Part shown: positions 19,173 to 27,645 of the stretch, piece after piece
Layout of the letters: each line of letters starts with the position of its first letter
Numbering within the stretch: the first letter of the stretch is position 1
From: Comamonadaceae bacterium
GTDB taxonomy: Bacteria > Pseudomonadota > Gammaproteobacteria > Burkholderiales > Burkholderiaceae_C
Length of the DNA stretch: 63,658 nucleotides
Direction: 5' to 3'
NCBI GenBank assembly: GCA_947455935.1
Contig: CANGPV010000001.1
Location: 1 to 63,658, forward strand
Program-made: the position numbers and the translations under genes
Notes under the pieces: model-generated
Seen by the model: the letters and a program-made list of their open reading frames with translations, nothing else
Databases searched by the model: none
Told to the model about the DNA's origin: nothing

Positions 19173-19206
19173 AAAAAAACCTGCTGAATCTCAGCAGGTT
19201 TTTTTT
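19173..19206. terminator. Bidirectional Rho-independent terminator
   Basis: A7-cctgctga-atc-tcagcagg-T8 between the convergent cytochrome c and ferredoxin genes. Confidence 0.92.
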
Positions 19207-19224
19207 CGTCTTTTGATTGTGAAA

Positions 19225-19536
19225 TTAAAGAGAAAACTTCTCTAGGGTGATGGCGTCTTCAGGACAAGACTTCAAGCACAAGCCACAGGCATGGCAAGAC
19301 GCAGGTGCCACCACATCGGCTTGCATACGCTTGTGTGCCCAAGCCTTTAAACGGCCACGCAATGAAATATCACCTAACTCATCCCAAGTGAATTGGCGCA
19401 CCTCAAACACCGCATAGGGACAGACGGCGACACAGTCGGCTTTCCCCTCGCAGCGGCTGCGGTTGATGACGGGCGCGACTTTGCCTGCATGATCAGCACA
19501 GGCGTTTGTGTCGGGGTTTACGTTTGCCATGGTCAT
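19225..19536 (-). CDS. Dicluster-type ferredoxin
   Basis: CEGKADCVAVCP and CHACGLCLKSCP motifs; starts 6 nt after the eboA stop. Confidence 0.88.
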   Translation of the reverse strand: MTMANVNPDTNACADHAGKVAPVINRSRCEGKADCVAVCPYAVFEVRQFTWDELGDISLRGRLKAWAHKRMQADVVAPASCHACGLCLKSCPEDAITLEKFSL

Positions 19537-19542
19537 GAACAC

Positions 19543-20457
19543 TCAATACGAAGCTGAAGCAAAACTGGACCAGTCCAAACTAACGGGATCAACAGCCCAC
19601 GACTTGGCCTTGACGGCTTGCACCACGTCGGGGGGACACAACTCGGGGTGGCTCAGACATATCTTGGCAATCACCTGCAGTTCACGCTCCAAGGCTTTAC
19701 CAGCCAAGGCTTGCAGAATGACTGCTACCCCTTCGGCATTGGCATGAGGCACGGCGCAGCGCCAAATTTCGGGGGCAATAAAGCGCCCTGCTGCCCAACG
19801 CTCTTGGACCAACAAAATGAGAATGACGGACAAGTCAGCGTTATAGCGTTCATCCACGCCTTGGATTTGCCAAATAGAGGAATCCAAAAAGAACGCCTTG
19901 ACGATCATTTGGTTCCAAGCAGCCTCATCGAAAAACTCAAACGGGTAGGGGTTGCGGTGCGACATGGCTTCGTACACAGGACGCATGGTCGAGCGTATGG
20001 CTTCCCGTGCTTTAGGCTCCAAGGCTTGTGGCTGGGGAAACAGCGCAAAGCCTCGGAAGATAGCCAGCAGCTCGTTAATCTCGGAGGTATCTACCAGCAT
20101 CGCCACTTGCTGCACAAAATCCAGCTCATCGCCTTGGTAAAACGCCAAGGTAAAAGCGATACGCGCTGTTTGATCCATGCTCCATTCGGTGGGGTCTAGG
20201 CCCTGACGAAGTGCCTGCGCAGCTTGCAACTCGGCGGCTGAAGGCGCTAGGTCAGCTTTGCCGAGCTTGCGAGGCGCCATCCCCAAAGCTTTGAACCAAC
20301 GGGCTTGCTCGGGCTTGTCCTGCAAAGCACGCAACTCGGTGTCAAACCAAGCAAAGGCATCAGCCGCAAGACGGGTTTTTAACCAACTGGTCAGTAAAGC
20401 AATAGCTTGGGGAATTGCCGTTGTAGAGAGATGGTGGTGTTGGGGGTACATATGCAA
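19543..20457 (-). CDS. eboA: EboA domain protein
   Basis: W.MDQTARI, AIRS.M..VYEA...NPYP...FDEAAWNQMIVKAFF, ERWAAGR. Confidence 0.9.
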   Translation of the reverse strand: MHMYPQHHHLSTTAIPQAIALLTSWLKTRLAADAFAWFDTELRALQDKPEQARWFKALGMAPRKLGKADLAPSAAELQAAQALRQGLDPTEWSMDQTARIAFTLAFYQGDELDFVQQVAMLVDTSEINELLAIFRGFALFPQPQALEPKAREAIRSTMRPVYEAMSHRNPYPFEFFDEAAWNQMIVKAFFLDSSIWQIQGVDERYNADLSVILILLVQERWAAGRFIAPEIWRCAVPHANAEGVAVILQALAGKALERELQVIAKICLSHPELCPPDVVQAVKAKSWAVDPVSLDWSSFASASY

Positions 20458-21327
20458 TCAGGTGCCAGGAATGAATTTTTGAAACATGCGGCAGGCCACA
20501 TATGCGATCACACAAGCCACAACCCAAGGCCAGCTGCCACCCGAAAACGCCACCGCTGCTGCATCCAGCAAAGCACATGCAGCAATGAGTTGTGCTACCG
20601 CTTTGGGCACATCTCCGCCTTGACGACGCAGCGCCAAGAGCCGCACGGCCAAGATGTCCGCCACCGCCAACAACAAGAGCGTGAGCAAGGCCAAAGGAGT
20701 GACAGCGAAATTGGCCACAAAAATAGCAAACGGCAGAACCAAAATCAGCAGCGGCCAAAGTCGGTCTATGCGGTCCAAGCTTTCTTGTTTGGCGGCATAG
20801 GTCAGTCCTGCAATATGGGCGAACACAGCCAACATGCCCCACAGCAAAACCTCAGGCGTTTGCGGCACACACACCCAAGCGGCCAAGGCATACACCAAGG
20901 CACGGCAAGTACCCATGATGACAGGCGAAAACACATTGCCTTTGTGCCAAGCGTTGTAGAGAAGAATAGCCAAACTCAATGCTGCCCCCGCTTGCACCGC
21001 CAACACGCCGTAGGGCGCGATGATGACAATGCCGCCCATGAGCATGGCGCAACCCAAGGCCGATACCGCCTTGGCAGAAATTTGCCCTGAAGGGATAGGA
21101 CGACTGGGACGTTCACGTGCGTCGATATCAGCGTCAAAGGCGTCGTTCAAATACATGCCGCCGGTATAGAACAAGGTGATGGCCAACATCACCCACAGCA
21201 AGGTGGGCAAGTCAGCCGCATGACCTGACAAAAAAGCCCCCGCCAACACATTGGTCCACACCGTGGGCAAATTGGAGACACGGCCAATCTTTAAGTAGGT
21301 TGCAAAACGCATACGAGGTGTGTTCAT
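20458..21327 (-). CDS. eboC: UbiA-family prenyltransferase EboC
   Basis: RVSNLPTVW, GGMYLNDAFDADIDARERPSRPIPSG, YN..HK, MG.CR; multiple TM helices. Confidence 0.9.
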   Translation of the reverse strand: MNTPRMRFATYLKIGRVSNLPTVWTNVLAGAFLSGHAADLPTLLWVMLAITLFYTGGMYLNDAFDADIDARERPSRPIPSGQISAKAVSALGCAMLMGGIVIIAPYGVLAVQAGAALSLAILLYNAWHKGNVFSPVIMGTCRALVYALAAWVCVPQTPEVLLWGMLAVFAHIAGLTYAAKQESLDRIDRLWPLLILVLPFAIFVANFAVTPLALLTLLLLAVADILAVRLLALRRQGGDVPKAVAQLIAACALLDAAAVAFSGGSWPWVVACVIAYVACRMFQKFIPGT

Positions 21328-22526
21328 GCCAGTAAAACCTTTTTCACGAAATCAAGCTCACGGGCAATGGCTTGCGCCTTGGAGTCGGTCTTGAGCGCAT
21401 CGGGCAAGACATCCCATGTGTAAGTTTCCACCTCCAAATGCGAGGAAAAACCTTCGCGCTTGCAAGCCTCTAAGGTTTGCAGTAATTGCGCTTGGGTGGT
21501 GGAGATGGCACCAGCGTCTTGCAAAAATACAGGCACATGGCAGTGCACCCGCCACTCACCCTCGGCTTGCCCGGCTTGAAAGGCCGCCAGCGCTTGCGGC
21601 AAATCGACAAAGCGTTGCAGCTGACCCGCTTGTTGCACCACCACTTGGTGCAAATACACCGCATCGTCAAAGCCTTGCACCGTGGGTAATTGCGACATCG
21701 TCATCTGGGGAATACGTACCGCGCTGCTGAGCTGGATTTTCGGGATGGCAATACCGGCTTGGCGCAATTCATGCAGGGCGATTGCGGGGTCTTCAAACTC
21801 CACCGCACTGTGACAGACATCGAAACACACCCCCAGATGCGAGCGTAAAGCTAGCAGGGCTTGCTCAGCAGAACCGCCAAGCATCTGCGCCAGTTGCGCC
21901 ACAGCGGAGGTGCTTCGCACGTGGGTGAGGATGAACTGCGCCGCCTCTTGCGTGGTCTCCACATAACAAGCAGGTTCGGGTTCCAAGGCCAGCGCAATGT
22001 GTTTGCCAGTTTGCGCTTGGGTATGCACCAAATGCGCCACACACTGCAGCAAATGAGAAACGACGGCGTTCATGGCTTCAGTTGTATCGGCCGCATGGCG
22101 AAAACCCACTGGCACGGTGGAGATGCTGCCCTCTACGCCCTCAGGCAACAAAGCAGCCAAGATGTCGATACAAGCCAAGGTGTAGCGCAGCCGCTCGGGC
22201 TGGGTCCAGTCGGGGGCATACACATCTTGCTTGACCGGCACCCCGTGAAAGGTGCCGTAGGGGAAAGCGTTCAGCGTGAAGACATAAGCGTTGAGGCGTT
22301 GCAGTTGGGCTTGAAACGCTTGCAACACAATGTGTTGCTGCAAGCTGAAAGCAGCTTGCCCCGACAAACGCAAACCAATGCCCATGGGTGCGCCGTCGGC
22401 CACAGCATCGCGGATGGCTGGAACAAAAGCATCCAAGCTTTGGCTCACCTCGTCCCAGCTTTCCCCTGCATGGATATTCGTGCAGTAGGTCAAATGGGGC
22501 TGGGCGATGAGCCGTTTCAGCTGCAT
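21324..22526 (-). CDS. eboE: EboE (xylose-isomerase-like TIM barrel)
   Basis: LTYCTNIH, NAFPYG.FH...VK..VY.PDW, EPEP, CFDVCH, YLHQV, WRVHCHVP, HLEVETYTW. Confidence 0.93.
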   Translation of the reverse strand: MQLKRLIAQPHLTYCTNIHAGESWDEVSQSLDAFVPAIRDAVADGAPMGIGLRLSGQAAFSLQQHIVLQAFQAQLQRLNAYVFTLNAFPYGTFHGVPVKQDVYAPDWTQPERLRYTLACIDILAALLPEGVEGSISTVPVGFRHAADTTEAMNAVVSHLLQCVAHLVHTQAQTGKHIALALEPEPACYVETTQEAAQFILTHVRSTSAVAQLAQMLGGSAEQALLALRSHLGVCFDVCHSAVEFEDPAIALHELRQAGIAIPKIQLSSAVRIPQMTMSQLPTVQGFDDAVYLHQVVVQQAGQLQRFVDLPQALAAFQAGQAEGEWRVHCHVPVFLQDAGAISTTQAQLLQTLEACKREGFSSHLEVETYTWDVLPDALKTDSKAQAIARELDFVKKVLLA

Positions 22527-22530
22527 GGCA

Positions 22531-23742
22531 TCAGATGTGCTGTTTAAGCCAAGCAATCGACTGGGTGACCCAGTCGTCCTGAATTTCATGTACCTCTATG
22601 CCCTTGCCGATACCTGCCAGCAAGGTGATGGTGAGTTCGCCGCCCAAATGCTCGCGGAAATCGGCCAAGCCCTGCAACACGGCCAAACGGCCTTGGTCGT
22701 TGCGGGTTTCGAGTTGGTCATTCCAGAGCTTGAAGCCCAGCGTGCTTAACAGGCGATGCACCCGCAGGTCTTCGCCCGCTGGCAAGAGCCCTGCCAACAC
22801 AGAGTAATGGGCGTCCATGGCTACACCGATGGCCACGGCTTCACCGTGGCTGAGTTCATGTTGCGAGGTCATGCGCTCCAATTTGTGCGCAACCCAGTGG
22901 CCATAGTCCAAAGGCCTGGCCGAACCCGATTCGAAGGGGTCGCCGCCCAAAGCGATTTGGTTCATGTGGATTTGGGCAGAGCGCTTGATGAGGTAGGACA
23001 AGGCCACCGTTTCAAAGCGGGCCAAGGCTTGCACATTGTTTTCAAGCCAAGTAAAGAAAGCGCCATCGCGAATCAGCGATACCTTGACCGCCTCGGACAT
23101 GCCACAGCGCTTTTCACGCTCTGGCAAGGAATCAATAAAGACCCCGTCATTGATCACAGCCCAAGGAGGTGCAAAGGTGCCGACCAGGTTTTTCAAGCCC
23201 AACCAGTTGACGGCGTTTTTCACACCGACGCCGCTGTCGTCTTGGCCCAGCACGGTAGTGGGGAAACGGATGTGACGCACACCACGGTGGAAGATGGCTG
23301 AGGCATAACCGACCGCATCCATGATCGCACCGCCACCAATCGCCAACGAATAAGAGTGGCGGTCAATGGCTTTGTCAGACAAAATTTTCAGTAAGTTGGT
23401 AATCAGCTCAGGGTCGTTTTTACAAGCCTCGCCGCCTTGCAATACCACTGCATCGCCGACCAATTCAATGTGCTCGGCATGAGCTTGGAAATAAGCTTGA
23501 ATTTGACCTAGCAACTGGGGCAAAGCTTGCGCAACGCCACCATCGATAAACACCGCCACACGGTGGCGCTTGTGGCTTTCGCGACGTTGCAAGACATCGA
23601 GCAAATGTGAATTGGCAGGGTCAAACGCATTCCGAGTGAACACCACGGGGTAGGCGTATTCAACCGCAAAACTTTGCACCTGTACGCTGTCGCTCACAGG
23701 TTGAGGCTCTAGCGTTTCATGGGATGGCGCTCGGGCATTCAT
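22531..23742 (-). CDS. eboD: EboD sugar-phosphate cyclase (3-dehydroquinate synthase-like)
   Basis: GGEACKN, IDRHSY, PTTVLGQDDSGVGVKN, FESGSARPLDYGHW.AHKLE, HGEAVAIG, FREHLGGELTITLL; GAGGAAG RBS. Confidence 0.92.
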   Translation of the reverse strand: MNARAPSHETLEPQPVSDSVQVQSFAVEYAYPVVFTRNAFDPANSHLLDVLQRRESHKRHRVAVFIDGGVAQALPQLLGQIQAYFQAHAEHIELVGDAVVLQGGEACKNDPELITNLLKILSDKAIDRHSYSLAIGGGAIMDAVGYASAIFHRGVRHIRFPTTVLGQDDSGVGVKNAVNWLGLKNLVGTFAPPWAVINDGVFIDSLPEREKRCGMSEAVKVSLIRDGAFFTWLENNVQALARFETVALSYLIKRSAQIHMNQIALGGDPFESGSARPLDYGHWVAHKLERMTSQHELSHGEAVAIGVAMDAHYSVLAGLLPAGEDLRVHRLLSTLGFKLWNDQLETRNDQGRLAVLQGLADFREHLGGELTITLLAGIGKGIEVHEIQDDWVTQSIAWLKQHI

Positions 23743-23816
23743 AACAACTTCCTCTTTTTGAATTCTGGGGTAAGGGGCTGGTTCATGGCTTCTGAGGGGC
23801 GAGGTTGACAATCCAT

Positions 23817-25217
23817 TCACCCCTGCGCTGCGGCAGCAGAAGAACCAAAAATGTGTTGCAAAGCAATGGCTTTGATATCGGTGGCCGACACCGTTTCAGG
23901 CAAACAATGGGGCATATCGCTCATGACCAAGGGGCCATGGAGCGGATCGTCCGTGGGACGGCCATGCGAGCCTTTGACCAAGCTGGCGTCCAAGGGAATG
24001 ACATCGAGCAACATGCGAAAGCCCAACAATTTTTTCAATAATTTCCACACAATCGTGAGCTTAGGAAAGGGAAGTTTGGGGTCCAAGAACAGTTCCACAG
24101 GGTCATACCCTGCTTTACGGTGAATTTCTACGGTGCGAGCAAAGTCAGGTGCCAGCGCATCGTCTAGCCAGAAATAATAGGTGAACCACGATCTGGCATC
24201 CGACATCACCACCAATTCCCCGCTTCTCTCATGGGCGATATGGTGCTGCGCTTGTTCGGTTTTGTCCCATACCGATTCAACCCCTGGCATGGCCAACAAC
24301 AAGGCCTTGACTTGCGGGATCAGCAAAGGATCACGCACATACACATGGGCGATTTGGTGATCCGCTACCGCAAACACCTTGGAGGTGGTGGGGTCCAGCA
24401 TTTCATGACCGTCTTCCATGCGAACTTGCAACCAACCTTGACGGCGAATTTCACGGTTGATGTGAATAGGACGATCGACCTCGGTGATGCCATACTCTGA
24501 CAACACCATGACGTGGCGTCCATGCTTTTGGGCGAAATCAATCAAATCGCCCACGACCTGATCGACCTCACGCAAAGATTTGGCTACGGCCGGGTGGTTT
24601 TCATCTGGGCCGAAACGCTGCATGTCGTAATCCAAATGCGGCAAATAGACCATGGTCAGCGTGGGATCGAAATCAGTGATGGCCAATTCCGAGGCCTTGG
24701 CTATCCAACGGGTGGAAGCGATGTTGGTGTTAGGACCCCAAAAGCTGAACAGTGGAAACTTACCCAGACGAGCGCTCAGCTTGTCTCGCCAATCGGTGGG
24801 AACGGTAAAACAGTCGGGGAGTTTTCGACCGTCTGCTTTGTAAATCGGTCTGGGGGTGGCACCGTAATCATGGGAGGACGCCATGTTGTACCACCAGAAC
24901 ATATTGGCGCAAGTGAAACGGGGGTCACGGGCTTTGCCAGCTTCCCATATTTTTTCGCCGCTCACCAAGCGGTTGGATTGACGCCAAAACCAAATTTCAC
25001 ATAAGTCACGAAACAGCCAGCCATTGGCAACCACGCCAGTTTGATCGGGGGGCAAGCCCGTCATGAACGTAGCTTGGGTGGTGCAAGTCACCGCAGGCAA
25101 AGTGGTGGTCAAAGGACGCATGGCGCCTTGGCGAGCAAATGCCGATAAGCGTGGGGTATGCGGCCCTAGGTGACGAGGCGTCAAACCCACCACATTGAGA
25201 ACGATCAGCGGTTGCAT
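23817..25217 (-). CDS. eboF: EboF alkaline-phosphatase/nucleotide-pyrophosphatase family protein
   Basis: LNVVGLT, PAVTCTTQ, WRQSN.LV, FWWYNM, YLPHLDY, SEYGI, DHQIAHVY, HRKAGYDP.ELF, KGSHG. Confidence 0.92.
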   Translation of the reverse strand: MQPLIVLNVVGLTPRHLGPHTPRLSAFARQGAMRPLTTTLPAVTCTTQATFMTGLPPDQTGVVANGWLFRDLCEIWFWRQSNRLVSGEKIWEAGKARDPRFTCANMFWWYNMASSHDYGATPRPIYKADGRKLPDCFTVPTDWRDKLSARLGKFPLFSFWGPNTNIASTRWIAKASELAITDFDPTLTMVYLPHLDYDMQRFGPDENHPAVAKSLREVDQVVGDLIDFAQKHGRHVMVLSEYGITEVDRPIHINREIRRQGWLQVRMEDGHEMLDPTTSKVFAVADHQIAHVYVRDPLLIPQVKALLLAMPGVESVWDKTEQAQHHIAHERSGELVVMSDARSWFTYYFWLDDALAPDFARTVEIHRKAGYDPVELFLDPKLPFPKLTIVWKLLKKLLGFRMLLDVIPLDASLVKGSHGRPTDDPLHGPLVMSDMPHCLPETVSATDIKAIALQHIFGSSAAAAQG

Positions 25218-25251
25218 CAAAGAAAACTTATAAAGATGTCCGAGGACTCGG

Positions 25252-26364
25252 TCAGCGAATCACGTTAGCGTCAACTTGACGGGTCAGCACTTTGGGCTCT
25301 TGGCCACGCAACACAGAGTTGCCGTCATAGAGTGTGCGTTGGTCGATGGCCTGGGGCTTAAGCCAGTGCTCTTCTTTCATTTCGCCGTTGAGGCCGTAGA
25401 TGGCCAAAGCGTTTTTGTAGACCACTTGGTGAATGATGTCTGCCGAAATACCTTTGTCAGCCATCAACCGGGCGGTTTTGGGCACGGCCAAGGGATCTGA
25501 GACGCCCCAATCACAAGATGAATCAACAATGACACGCTCTGAGCCATATTGCTGAACCAAGGCGGCCAAACGTTCGTTACCCATTTTGGTCGAAGGATAG
25601 ATGGTGAAGGCACACCAGTAACCACGGTCAAGCACTTCACGCACGGTTTCTTCGTTGTTGTGGTCGATCACGCAACGCGCAGGGTTAAAGCCGTGCTCTT
25701 CCAACACGTCCATGGTCCGCTGAGTACCACGGGTTTTATCGCGGTGAGGCGTGTGAATCATGATGGGCAAGTCGTATTCTTTGGCCATCTCAATTTGGGC
25801 ACGCAATGCTTTGTCTTCTTGGGGCGTTTGCTCGTCATAGCCAATTTCGCCCACCGCCACCACACCTTCTTTGGTGAGGTAGCGAGGAAGAACTGCCAAC
25901 ACCTGCTCGGCCAAAGCCTCGTTATTGGCTTCTTTGGGGTTCAAACCAATGGTGCAGTAATGGCGAATACCGAATTGACCCGCACGAAAACGCTCAAAAC
26001 CCGTGATCGTCGAGAAATAGTCAACAAAAGTGCCGACATTGGTGCGCATTTGACCCAGCCAAAAAGCAGGTTCGATGACCGCCACAATGCCAGCTTGCGC
26101 CATGGCTTCGTAATCGTCGGTGGTGCGCGCAGTCATATGGGCATGGGGATCGATCATCATGCCCAAGCCGCCCGTAGGAATGGCGCGGAAATCTCTTTTG
26201 AATCCCTCTAGACGACTGGCGTCATCCATGATTTTTTGCAGCATGCTGGGTGTGAGGGTTCCGTTGCAACAAGGACAGGCAACAGATTTACCCGCAAACA
26301 TCTCTTCAATCGCAGCAGAATTGTCTGCAGATACAGATGCTGTGGATGGGGGTTGGGTCTTCAT
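25252..26364 (-). CDS. eboB: EboB TatD-family metallohydrolase with N-terminal extension
   Basis: DPHAHM.ARTTDDY, EPAFWLGQ.RT, GLNPKEANN, GEIGYD, HTPHRDK, DHNNE, DWGVSDPL; GAGGA RBS before ATG 26364. Confidence 0.92.
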   Translation of the reverse strand: MKTQPPSTASVSADNSAAIEEMFAGKSVACPCCNGTLTPSMLQKIMDDASRLEGFKRDFRAIPTGGLGMMIDPHAHMTARTTDDYEAMAQAGIVAVIEPAFWLGQMRTNVGTFVDYFSTITGFERFRAGQFGIRHYCTIGLNPKEANNEALAEQVLAVLPRYLTKEGVVAVGEIGYDEQTPQEDKALRAQIEMAKEYDLPIMIHTPHRDKTRGTQRTMDVLEEHGFNPARCVIDHNNEETVREVLDRGYWCAFTIYPSTKMGNERLAALVQQYGSERVIVDSSCDWGVSDPLAVPKTARLMADKGISADIIHQVVYKNALAIYGLNGEMKEEHWLKPQAIDQRTLYDGNSVLRGQEPKVLTRQVDANVIR

Positions 26365-26479
26365 GTTGTCCTCATTAACTGGCTTGCGTTCAGCCAAAGA
26401 TAACACTGGCTGAGAGCCAAACATGATAGCACCAAGGTGCTGAAATACCTCTAGGGGAAAGTCCCTTAGGTTACGTCAA

Positions 26480-26860
26480 TCAAGGCTTGGCGCGCAGGGT
26501 GTTGGGCTCTGATATCACCTTGGTTTGGCCGGCCTCGTGCTGGGTCATTTGACCCATGAATTGCCCGCCTCTTTCGATCTCGATTTCAGCATAATCAAGT
26601 TTGCCTGACACGGCGCCATTGCGATGAATCATCAGATGCTCATGGCAGACAATGTTTTGAGCCAAGATGCCATGCACGTCAATGGTGTGTGCGTCAATAC
26701 GGCCAGACACACTGCCTTTGGCTCCGATATGCAGATCGTTGACAGTGATTTCACCTGACACGGTGCCATTGATGGTGGCGCGCCCTGGTGCAGTAATAGA
26801 CCCCGCAAAGGTCACACCTTCACCAATGATCAAACTGCTTGAAGAAGTAGTTTCAGCCAT
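26480..26860 (-). CDS. Bactofilin (second paralogue)
   Basis: LIIGEGVTFAG..INGTVSGEI..IGAKGSVSG..GAVSGKLDY..IERGG. Confidence 0.9.
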   Translation of the reverse strand: MAETTSSSSLIIGEGVTFAGSITAPGRATINGTVSGEITVNDLHIGAKGSVSGRIDAHTIDVHGILAQNIVCHEHLMIHRNGAVSGKLDYAEIEIERGGQFMGQMTQHEAGQTKVISEPNTLRAKP

Positions 26861-27112
26861 GTCATACCTTTGATTTAAAAATTGAAACCGAATTCATGCT
26901 AAAAAACGATTCTAATGGTCAAAAACCTCTTAAAAACGCACGACCCATTGAAAAAAACGTATTTCCCCCTGTTTTTTGAACACTTAATGATTCAATCGAC
27001 TTTTATTAGGCAATACTTGCAGGCAAGCAGACTCAAGTCGGCGCAGTTCAAACCGATCAAAGTGGAACAAGTCTTGCTTCCAACCTCTCGTAACTATTAG
27101 ATTTTTTGACAA

Positions 27113-27637
27113 ATGAACACCAAAGGAATGACGAAATACCTGATCATGGTGATGCTGATGACTGCCATCAACATCCCATTGTTCATCTATTCCCGCTCGT
27201 TCTTAACGCATTCCCCTGCGGAAACGCCAGATGCCGCCGAGGCGCATGGTGCACCCGACAGCGTCCACGCTGGTCATGACACTACTTTAACTTCGACACA
27301 CGCCACAACCGAGAAAAAACCTCCTGCAGAACCCGTCCTGGAGGACCTGTCGGCTTCTCGACCCCAAGCAGCGCCATTCGCCAATTTGTACCGCCCGCCA
27401 CTTCTAGGAAAATGCAAAAAACTGTTTGAGCGTTTCATGCGCCAATCAGACCCTGAAAAACCCTATCGCGCATTTGTCTACAGCTTTGACGGAGAAACCG
27501 CGTATTGCGCGGGTGCTGTCACCGACAAAAGCCAAGAAAAGGCTGAAGAAATTGCCAAACGAGACTGTGAAGAAAACCAAGCTAGCTCTGGCAAGTATTC
27601 GCCTTGCCGTATTTACACATCAGAAGAAACCAACTAG
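27113..27637 (+). CDS. Membrane-anchored hypothetical protein with Cys-containing C-terminal domain
   Basis: N-terminal TM, low-complexity linker, C-terminal YRAF..YCAG..AEEIAKRDCEE..PCRIY. Confidence 0.65.
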   Translation: MNTKGMTKYLIMVMLMTAINIPLFIYSRSFLTHSPAETPDAAEAHGAPDSVHAGHDTTLTSTHATTEKKPPAEPVLEDLSASRPQAAPFANLYRPPLLGKCKKLFERFMRQSDPEKPYRAFVYSFDGETAYCAGAVTDKSQEKAEEIAKRDCEENQASSGKYSPCRIYTSEETN

Positions 27638-27645
27638 GTAAAGCC

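Noticed and set aside
22531-23742. Calling this gene aroB (shikimate pathway), given aroQ in the window
   Set aside because: The FESGSARPLDYGHW and FREHLGGELT motifs and the ebo context identify it as EboD; aroQ is 15 kb away and unlinked.
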